The translations under genes and the position numbers were made by a program. The notes under the pieces were generated by a model that saw only the letters and a program-made list of their open reading frames with translations, searched no databases and was not told where the DNA came from. Shown here one piece after another: positions 23,943 through 33,860 of a stretch of DNA of 64,000 nucleotides. Positions within the stretch are counted from its first letter, which is position 1. Each line of letters opens with the position of its first letter. The DNA comes from Massalongia carnosa. Lineage: Eukaryota. The stretch spans positions 2,914,001-2,978,000 of the forward strand of contig OZ287067.1 of the NCBI GenBank assembly GCA_965645245.1. Direction: 5' to 3'.

Positions 23943-26900
23943 TCATCGAATGAAAATCGAGTCGCCTTTGTTTGACTGATTACGAGATTTGTTCAAGTGG
24001 TCGAGCCCAAGGAGGTCCTCAGGGCTGGTGGCAATGGCAGAAAGATCGTCGAGGTCTGCATGTCGGGTGTGAGCGGTAAAATACAAATAGAGTAGTAGAG
24101 CTTACCGTTGCTGATATACGTTGGTTTTGAAAAGGCAGAGCGCTGTACAATTGCAAACTTTATCTTTTCAAATTGCTTACCTTTGATGCCGATACGTTTT
24201 GATAATCGCTCTCTGGTTTCCTTGAACGGTTCACCCTGAAGCTCGATTAACCAACGATCAAATCGAGACATCTAAATCTACTTACGGGCTTGACGACAAA
24301 TTTGAAAGGAACACCATGCGGCTTGTTTGGCTCTTTGTCGAAATGGAAGGCATATATGAAATTGTCTCCCTCGCCCGTAGCTCGCTCCTCCTCCGGAATC
24401 GATTCGGCGAACAAAGTAACAAAATCTGTAATGCTGGCAACCGGGTAGTCTTCAGAGAGCTCTTTGTGGATCTTGCTGTTGTGGGCTTCGTATAGTCGTA
24501 TCATTCGAACGATGTCATCACTTAAACCAATCTTTTTTTGCAGAACGGGGATTATATCCCCTACAGTGCCATTCTTGGCGACGAGGACATCGAAGACTTC
24601 CTGTATGGCGGTCAGCGTAGTAAAAGTTGCAAAACCGCAGCATTAGGCATCTTACTTCCTTGGAAATACCTTCACTAACCCAAACAATCTTTAAGTTCTT
24701 CTTTGTCTCCAACTCGCTCAAGCTCATGTCCATCACCTCGTAATATAAAGCATCCCACCGCTGATTACTGTTGTTATAAGTACCAAACTGTGGACTTAAC
24801 ATTTGGAACAGCGTCTGATTTGCATTCCGCCTGACCGGAGCCTTGGGTTTGTTGGTGGTAGAGTTTACTGTGGAAAAGCGGATGTGGGTAGGATCAACCA
24901 TCAGTCGCTCTCCCACCTTGGCTGAAAATTGATCGTAAGACATCTTTCTACTTAATTGAAGGTCAAAGGGATCCCATTGAGGATCAGCTCCGGCTTTTGG
25001 TAGAAATTTGACGATGATGCGATTTAAGAGGTGGTCGTAAAACTCCCGAGCATCGGCGCAGCCACCGCTCTGGGTAACAAGTAACACTCTAATGGGAGAT
25101 TAGCAATCGAGTAAGGTCGCATTGTTCAGCATTAACGCACTCCTTATCCGATAGTGAACGCTGAAAACACACGATATCACCATCCTGGATTTCAGCCTGC
25201 TGTAGAGTAACCTTTGGTTTCATTGGTTCTATCATTGAGTGTTTTATTTCCTAGGTCTGGATTAGCAAGTTGAATGAGTGGGAATGTTAATCGGGAATTG
25301 AAACAAACCTCGTACAACGCAAGAGCAGGGGGTGGAGATTGGCCAGGGTGACTGGAGGAGTTCGCAGAAGAAACACTGGACGACCGACCAGCTGATTGGT
25401 TTGGTGGAGGACTCGAAGACCATCCCATCAATTGGTGAATTATAGGAATCATCTCTCCTACCTTCGAATGCTTTCTTACATAGATATGTCCCACGCCAAG
25501 CAAAGTCTGGGATGTAGCATCGAAGTATTTTAAGAAAACCAACAAAGGAATGTTGTTGCTAGTTTGCGGCTGCATGTCCGGCCAAACAGGCTTGCCATCT
25601 TCAATAACATTTGTGGTTTCTAGCCAAAGACGGAAGCTTTTATCTCTTGTGCCATATTTACCATATGCTTCGTCAATCGTCATCTTTGGTTCCACCAGAG
25701 GCTGATCTGGCCGTATTGTCTTGTTCTGGCGATTGACCATGACCCATAGGCGAACTTGCTCTGGTGGGATATTTTTGGTCTCAGCTAATGATCTTGTAAA
25801 TTCTGCTACCGTCGAAGTCCTTAAAAGACGGTGTGTTCGCGGAGTGGACTCTAGATGCGGATCGGCGTCCCAATTTACTAGGTCAAACCCCTGATGCGCC
25901 TTAAAATTGTCTTCAGTAGCCACGCCAACAGATAAATAGAGATGTTGCTCTTCACGTTCTCTTCTTTTCCGTTCAATTATCGCCTTTTCCTGATGAAGTT
26001 GCTTTGCTGTATCACGTTAGTGGTATAAAATTAAAAGAAATCCCGAAGATTTACCTAGATGGGTTGGAGTGTCATTTTCTGCTACCTCAAGCAGGATATT
26101 CTTAACTCGGCTTTGACGAATATAGACTAACATATATGCACTCATGGAGCGCTTGGTAGACAGCGTCCGGCTATACGGATTTCTTACTCCAGCATTGCCA
26201 TTGACCAAAGGATTTGCATAGTCACCACCGAAGTTCTCTTCTAATGCTTCCTTTAGGGTTGCTCGAGTTACTCTGTCATCATCAAATTTATAGAAGTGTC
26301 CCCCAGCAGTAGGCTTCAGATACGCATAATAATGCCCTGCATTGAAATCGCCGCTATGGACCAGGACACCGTGAAGCTGATAGATATACGGTTCCGATCG
26401 GTCTGCGTTCTCAGACAGATATGGAGACGCGTCGAAGACCTCGGGAAACTCATATCGATCGTTAACCTTCATCATTGCGTCACGGTTAATGTCGTATTCG
26501 AAACGCTTGAGCTGCAGGTGCAGAACTTGAGGGAAGCTTTCAAAAATCACCCCTTTCTTTGCGTCCTGCAAACCGTACCCTTCGGCGAAATACTTGTTTT
26601 CGCCGTCCATGGTCTCCACTTGTACATAATCTCTGAAACTATCATCAAGATTTTTGTTGCCGCTTACGTTTAGCTGAATATCCCAAAAGTCCTCAATCCT
26701 TGATGATTCATAATCCACGTTGATGCAAGATATGTATGTTTTCATTCGGCCAACGAACATCTTTGCAAGAGCGTTCTCGGCATCAGTTCCCTTCATTCTT
26801 TCTTCCATTCGCTCCATTAAAATTCGAGAAAGCTCTTGTACATCTTGTTGCTCAAAAATATGCTTCGTCTCCCAGCCAAAGGAGGCCGTCAGCTCTTGCG

Positions 26901-28127
26901 TCGAGACTGCATCTTCATTGCTCTGTAGAAGGTAGAAAAGCCGTTGTAGTGCCCAGGCGCTGTTTGTCTTTTCATTTTCGTTCTCGGTGGGTATCTGATA
27001 CACGGCCTGGACAGAGTTTTAGCCAATTCATCGATCCGTTTGGCATGGATGAACATACCTTACGAAATGCGTTGGTAAAATATAACGACTGGAGCAGAGA
27101 GTTGAGATAGCAGGTGGCACCCTGGTTTTTTAATCCTACCATACCGGTCTCTTTTCTTGAATTGTAGCTGTCTCTTCTCAGCAGATACCTTGCAGCACTC
27201 AACAAGCACTTACTTTATGAAGTTATGCCACAGAACGCCAGTTGGATCTTTATAAACCCGTAGATAAGCGGTCATATTCACGGCATCATTCTCCACCATA
27301 GGTCTCCCTCGATCGTCCCATTGAGCAGCGAACATCTTTCGGATCTCGGCAAATCTCGTAAAACCCCAGTCGCTCTCCTCAATATTGAACCTATGGTTTG
27401 CAGCTGTACCGATATATCAGCCACTGCTGTTGCTGTGCATAATTTCGGGCTTCTTACAATGCATCACATATATCGACGGGTCAAATTTATTCCACAATAC
27501 CAAAGTGAATTGAACACAGGCGTACCAGCCATCAGGGGGTTTATTGGCTTCATCATGTCCTTGCTCGAGGTAAAACGATGCAAAATCGGCATTGTTGCCA
27601 AAAGGAAACAGTAAGATTCTCCTGATGGATTGTCAATACTTGTTAATATGCAGTCCTCGAGTTCAATCCCTGGAATGCTAGGCCTGAGATCACCTACCAA
27701 GGGTGTCCACCGCAATCAAAAGTTGGGCCTCGCTCCTTTTTGCTCAGACCCCTATAGTTCTCAATATTCCAAGTATGTACCGCTTCGCTTTCAATTTCCA
27801 GCTCTAAAGATTTGGGAAGGAACCGAGCCTTCATGGCCTCGTCTATGTGAAAGTGAGCAACGGATCTTCAAAGTCGCCCAATCCCATTCTCCTGGGAAAC
27901 CTACAGTCATCGGCCAAGGGATCCAGTTCAGGTTCATCGGCCGAATCCTCAGGTGTAATATTGGTAACCTCTTGCTTTTCATCAACACAATCATATTCAT
28001 CGACAAGCATGTCTCCTCCTCCTCCAATCTGCAGAACACCCAGTTGGGATTTCAAGTCAGCCACGGCTTCCTTCCCATCGTCGGCATCCATAACTTCGTG
28101 GTCGAGGTTGCGGCTTACAGGATCCAT
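23943..28127 (-). CDS. UBP15: Ubiquitin C-terminal hydrolase USP7/Ubp15 family (MATH, peptidase C19 and UBL domains), multi-exon
   Basis: MATH motif HTWNIENY...CGGHPW; Cys box [24 protein letters not shown]; His box [22 protein letters not shown]-terminus LGLDH...DSIFIR-stop at 23943. Confidence 0.92.
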
Positions 28128-29181
28128 AGTGAGCAAAGATCGGCGGTTATAAGGGCTCAAAGGAGGGTAGATTGCCCACGAGGGCTTGTCGGCGCAGAAA
28201 GTAGCTTGTGTTTTCACCACGCAGAAGAATATCTGGGTTCTATAAACAGTGATTTAAGTGATGAGAAATGTCAGCGCTGTCCAGTACACCACGCGGAAAA
28301 GCAACCGTTAAATGTTGGAAGAGTATTGGAACGTTTATTTACCTGCACCAGCAGAGTTGTGACGAGTCCTGTAAACTTTTACAGCATGCTAGCCAGTACT
28401 CAATAGACGAAGGTGATAATTAAGGGTTTAGGAGTAGAGAGGTTTCCTCGGCCGGAGACACGGATGCTCATCGAACTCGTATTGCCTTGAAGGATCTTAC
28501 ACTGCTTAGCTTATTTGCTTCTCGAGGAGAGGACAGCATTCTGAGCAATTGAAAGACAGGAAAGTGTAGAAGGCAAGTCCTGGATATATATCGCAGTAGC
28601 AATGGAACGTAGATTCAGCGATGGGAACGAACATACCAACTTAAATACTATTCGGCCAATACCTCGTGAACTCGGGGAAATATGGTCTCCGTAGCTAAAT
28701 GAAGCCTCAAATATTACCCCGATATTCTTTTGAGGGTATTTTTGTAGATAGTATAGCTATTATGAATGATGAAATGTGCTCCGGAGTTGAAGGCGTGAAA
28801 AGGCCCCTCGCATCATAAGAGTCTGATTCCTTTCTTACGCTTCACTGCCTCGATTACAAAGTACAGATTACAGGCTCGAAAGAAAGAACATGAGGTGTGT
28901 AAAAGGCAAAATGCAGAGGGCAGGCGGGTATCTGGGTAACTGGGTACCTAATTTAATGCTTGTGAAGAATCTGTGACGACTTGAGTGTAGTTACAGAGCA
29001 TTTGCCGCATCGAATTGCTGTCACATCTCATTCTATCGCCATTCTAAAGCTTCGCCGGGTTTTCGCTACCGGAGAATCACAAGAAGTGGGTGTCCTATGT
29101 AGATAATATTCGTCCTATTTTAAATATTATGCGTCAAGGTACGTGAGCGTCATAGTTTCATGCTTGATATGGTTAACGTAT

Positions 29182-29351
29182 TTTATCACCGGATGAACTT
29201 TATCACCGGATGAACTTTATCACCGGATGAACTTTATCACCGGATGAACTTTATCACCGGATGAACTTTATCACCGGATGAACTTTATCACCGGATGAAC
29301 TTTATCACCGGATGAACTTTATCACCGGATGAACTTTATCACCGGATGAAC
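29182..29351. repeat. Ten perfect tandem copies of 17-bp TTTATCACCGGATGAAC inside the left TIR
   Basis: Counted directly. A near-identical unit occurs once, inverted, in the right TIR (31218-31234). Confidence 0.95.
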
Positions 29352-29378
29352 ACCCCTGCAGAAATGGTAATTACGACC

Positions 29379-29444
29379 TAATCGTGCCAGACCACCAGTA
29401 ATCGTTTTCGCTTACTAACGATTACTGGTGGTGTGGCACGATTA
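29379..29444. repeat. Short fold-back inverted repeat (28-bp arms, 10-nt spacer), MITE-like
   Basis: TAATCGTGCCAGACCACCAGTAATCGTT-ttcgcttact-AACGATTACTGGTGGTGTGGCACGATTA, one mismatch. Confidence 0.85.
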
Positions 29445-30034
29445 AAACTAGAATATCTCGATGAACAATGAATATAAAGCTATAAAAATCATATGAAAGG
29501 GTAAATAGCATTGTACGAACACGATATAACGTAATTCACCGCTATTCGGAACACCCGCTTATTCGGAACTAACAACTTTGATACCAACCTTCGTAATTTT
29601 TTATCACCGCCGCATCCGCAAAATTTCTAGCACATGTACTTGGGAATTGATCAACAGGTTCTAGTGAATATATATAGCTAGGCATAAGCTTGTAGAGCTA
29701 CATTTTACGAGTGTTACAGATGACACGACCGCGCGAGCTAACCCGAACCTCTAAAACTTCCTACTTCTCCCCCTTTCCTACCATTTCCACATCACCTTGT
29801 ACCAACCTAGTGATATTTTTCTTTCTTGGTATACCTTTTCCTTTATTTTGAGCAGTTTTTTTAAACCCTAGGTCACCCTCAACTGTCTCCTTAAAAATAT
29901 AAGGTGTAATCTGAATAAGATCGTGAAAAGCGTTTTGAAAGATAGAATCGTCTCGTTTCTTATTTTCAAGTAAAGATCAAGATGTTACAAGATCAGGCAC
30001 GTATATTAGGTCGGGTTCAAATCGCATTAGGTCT

Positions 30035-31175
30035 TTAGATACCTGAAAAATAGTCGATCGTTCTGTTTTTTCTAGAAACTCGAGAGAAGCCCTGGCTCGA
30101 CTGGATCAAATGGTCAATTTGGTTCGAATAGGCGGTAGAGAGCGGTGAGAAGATTCCAACATCCAGGGGCTGTAACCGATGTGTAGAATACGGGGCCAAA
30201 ATAGCTAGAATAATCCCATGATTATCGCATAACTCGATAAACTTCATGTTTACATGGCTCGAATGACCATCCATAATCAATAGGCGCCTAGCGTTACCTG
30301 CATTTTTGCGCGTAATCGGTTCGAAAAGCTTTGAAAGCCAGGAAAGCCCCAGTTCTTCATTGGTCCAGCCATTTTTGGATACAGCAAAGTAAGCTTCATC
30401 TGATGAGCAGTCATAATCTTCGAGCCAGGTATCTTGTAGATCGTACGAATCCCCCTGATAGATCAAAGCTGGTGTTAAAGCGCTATCGTCGGCGCAAATC
30501 GTAGCCAAAAGGGAGATGAACTCGCGAGATCCGTCCTGACTCGAACCAAGCGTCTTTTTGCTTCGAAGGTGATCAATCGGTACGATACGCTTCATAGTAC
30601 GACATATACCCATTAGGAAGCCTTTTTCATCGAAGTTGTATATGTGCGAGGGCTTGATGTGGTATTTTTCGATCTTCTCCTGGAGCTATGGGGTCTAGGG
30701 TCAGTTCAGCGGCATAAGCATAGGTTATAGGGAAATGAGGGGAAATGAGCTAGTACGACTGCAAAGTAATGTTCAAAATGCTTAGAATTATCCGCAATAT
30801 GCCTAGATTGGTCGATATTGCGTAGATATACGTTGTAAGCTCATTTTCGTAGCGCTCTAGAAATCGATAGACCCAGCACTTCCCGATGTGCTTTCTCACG
30901 AACTCCACAACCAGATTTTCGAGTATTTGAGGAGTGGGATGAATACCCCGGTCCGAAAGCTTTCGAATATGCTCAATGAGGACCGATTCTTGAGCATTGG
31001 TCAGTAGCTTATGATGTCTAGAGTGAGCCTCGGCGCTCAACACGGTTTCGCCTTTGAAGCGACGCGTTAAGGTCAAACGAGATACGCTATGCTTTTTAGC
31101 AGTAGCAGCAAAATTAGGGGCTTTCTGGGATTTTAAATCAATAATCGCTTCCTGAATAGCTGCTTCGTTGACCAT
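30035..31175 (-). pseudogene. Pogo-type DD35D transposase pseudogene (CENP-B-like HTH plus DDE_1) with an intron, a frameshift and a truncated 3' part
   Basis: MVNEAAIQEAI...AATAKKHSVSRLTL; frameshift at ~30835; intron ~30758-30688; YNFDEKGF, NGWTN, LLIMDGHSSH, STHRLQPLDVG (35 residues between D2 and D3). Confidence 0.88.
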
Positions 31176-31259
31176 TTTAGATCAATTGGAATATTGTGGG
31201 TTGATTTTGGTGGGTGTGTTCATCCGGTGATAAGATACGTTAAGTCAATTCTCGATTTC

Positions 31260-31332
31260 TGTAACGGTTCGAACGAACGGTAGGACCTACAGCGAACATA
31301 GCAGGATTCCCAGTTATAGTGGAATAGAGCTT
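31260..31332 (-). mobile_element. Fragment of the same LTR family as the solo LTR at 56207-56377, in opposite orientation
   Basis: TGTAACGGTTCGA...AGGACCTACAGCGAACATAGCAGGATTCCCAGTTATAGTGGAATAGAGCTT matches the reverse complement of ~56294-56377 with few differences. Confidence 0.85.
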
Positions 31333-31562
31333 AATTGTCTCACATGAACTTTATAACGAACAGGAATTCCAGGAAAATTTCTTTACAAATTCTATTTGAA
31401 TTTTTTCGAAGAAACAGTTCGTGTCCAAAAAAAGTAAAACGTCAAAATGTTCGCACACGTTAAGCAACTGAAACGCTAATTCGAAGAAGCTTAGCGAAAT
31501 AAACTAATCCGAAGGGGGTTAGACAACTCATAGAGCCACGCACGTTTGAGGTACTGAGGCAA

Positions 31563-31665
31563 GTTAATCGTCGGCCTCGCTTAGCTGCCTCCATATAGAG
31601 GTGGTACAAGGCAAGGTACTTCGTACACCTCGTATGGAGGCAGCTAAGCGAGGCCGACGATTAAC
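31563..31665. repeat. Fold-back element: 33-bp perfect inverted arms with a partly paired centre, MITE-like
   Basis: GTTAATCGTCGGCCTCGCTTAGCTGCCTCCATA (31563-31595) and its exact reverse complement (31633-31665). Confidence 0.9.
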
Positions 31666-32071
31666 CCTAATCAAGGCCCAGAGTACAGGATTTGGTAGGT
31701 TGGTCCATGCCTAGGCCTACTTACCTACCTACCTATAGGTATTATAGTATCAACTTGCTCAAGTACCTACACCTAAACAAGTAATGCGGACCCGATCTCA
31801 TTCCTTCTTCGGAGGTATTTATTGCTATTGCCCATTTATGGAGGGCATTGAGGGGCATTGAATCTTGCATCCGGTTGCTTATCATCTACAGCTCCATCAC
31901 CGCTCTATAATTGACCCATATCCTTGGGCCCTTGGTCTGGCCTGTACTCTTAATGCGGCTGCCCTCAAGTGCTAATACACTGCAGTCTAGTTGTCCGTGT
32001 CTTTTTTTCGTTCGATAACTATTTCTTAGCTCGTATGGCTACCGTAACGAGTCCATGAGTAGCCTAGTGGC

Positions 32072-33609
32072 ATGCTCGTGGGTGAAAAGATCGCAATGCT
32101 CTATTGCAAACCTCAAGGCATCCGGCGATCTTTTAGCACACAGCGAAAGCCAGCGTTGACTTGTTCAAGCTACTGGTTCTCCACCGCGCCGCCATGGCGA
32201 CCAGCCGCCGTCCTCGATGAGTAAGTGAAATATCATGAGATGAGGAGTCTCGAAATAGATAACTAGCCTGACATGTGTGTATGTGGAAGATGGGTTCAAA
32301 AGGAAGCCAGGCCGATTAGCTTACGGCAATTAACGTTCTTTGGTCGTACATTGACAGAAAGTCGCTTGATCAGCTCCGCAAATTATGTTCGAACCGAGCT
32401 TCCAACAAGGTCCGAGATTTCCAGGTTTCTACATTCTACACGTCCTAACAAAACCTAGGATTGCTCATAGAATTCGCGACATGCAGACCTTGCCATATGT
32501 CGTTGTAACAAATTCTCACATATCACACGTTTATGAGCTCTACTATAAGGCTTTCGAAATATTGAGGAGGGTTCCGGAAATCAAGACTGTGGATGACAAC
32601 GAAAGATACTGCAATCTGGTTGCCAAAACCCTTGAGGAACACTTGACGGTCATTCCAAGGCTTGCAATGGGTGTACTTGAGTGTCAGAGTCTCATGCGAC
32701 CAGATGATATGGACAAGTTCATGAATACGCTCCTTAGATCTGTAAGACTAGTTCCCGAATGTTTCTGGTAAATCGTTAATCTCGCGGTGGCAGCGTATCT
32801 CTCGTAGGGTCATCGCCGAGCAGCACATTGCTCTGACTGAAACGTTTCATTCGCCGTGGCATTTTCCAGATGCCAAAAATCAGCATGAGGCCAACGCGGA
32901 CTTCGTTGGAGAGGTTTTCCTAAAATGTAACGCTCGCGAGGTAGTGGAGGAGTGTGGGAAAAGAGCCAAAGAGCTTGCGTCGGAGGCTTACGGAAGCCAC
33001 TGTACCTTACCTGACATCACTCTGGAGGGTCATCTAGATGCAACTTTCCCTTATATCCTTAGCCAGCTGCAATATATCGTTGGCGAGATTATTCGAAATT
33101 CTATTCAAGCCACCATGGAGAAACATTCCCATCTCTCCGGAACTCCGCCACCGATTAAGGTTTTGATTTGCGAAGCAGCACAGCATGTAATTATGAGGAT
33201 TTCTGATCAAGGTGGAGGTATTCCGAAGGAAATCCTGCCTGACTTGTGGTCATTCAGTAAAGGGGCCAGAAGCCAAGCTCATCTTGAAAATTTTCTAAAA
33301 GTCCCGAAGATGGCCGCGACGATGCAAGAACTGAAGCCGTTAGATCTTTCCTTGGAACAGGATTATACAAAGCTTGGAGCTCAAGGCAAACGATCATATG
33401 ATAACTCTCTTAGCTCTCTTACATCTCGACCGCCAAACTTGAGACTTGGTATAGGGTTACCAATGAGCCGAGTTTATGCAAAATACTGGGCTGGAAGTCT
33501 AGAATTGCATAGCTTGGAAGGGTATGGTGTTGACGCTTTCCTCCAAATATCCAAAATAGGAAATAAGAACGAGCAATTGAGTACAAGAGCAGGCATGGAT
33601 TCTGTCTAA
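32072..33609 (+). CDS. Mitochondrial pyruvate/branched-chain alpha-keto acid dehydrogenase kinase family protein, 4 exons
   Basis: PWRPAAVLDE|WVQKEARPISLRQL...SANYVRTELPTR|IAHRIRDMQTLPY...RISRRVIAEQH; GHKL motifs EIIRNS, ISDQGGGI, LGIGLPMSRVYAKYWAG, SLEGYGVD. The start may be 32072 or 32096. Confidence 0.88.
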
Positions 33610-33860
33610 ATAGGTTGCTGGTGTTTTTCCATTTAGTTGTCAGTGATGCCAGCAGCTACTCGGAATATGCCTGTCTAATTTTTCAGAGAGGCGCTGTTGC
33701 TAACGGTAAGATTTAGTACCTTTGGATAGCACTTTCCTCTTTTGAGGAACTCCTGGAACAATATACATTATAAACTTGTCACAGGAAACACTTCCAATGA
33801 TATTTCATAGGCATCAATCTCTTATGTAACGTTTCTAGCTAGCATTGTCACCGTTGAATC

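Larger units (their letters stand above)
29176..31240 (-). mobile_element. Pogo/Fot1-like DNA transposon, defective; ACGT-terminated TIRs and TA target duplication
   Basis: TA|ACGTATTTTATCACCGGATGAAC at 29174 and GTGTTCATCCGGTGATAAGATACGT|TA ending at 31242. Minus-strand transposase remnant inside. Confidence 0.88.

Noticed and set aside
27630..28406. 258-aa plus-strand ORF and similar antisense ORFs (e.g. 42331-42957, 42975-43610, 61314-62006)
   Set aside because: They are largely shadows of, or overlap, real genes on the opposite strand and show no family motifs.
29182..29351. 17-bp array as a CRISPR array
   Set aside because: No spacers, no cas genes, eukaryotic context; the unit is part of a transposon TIR.
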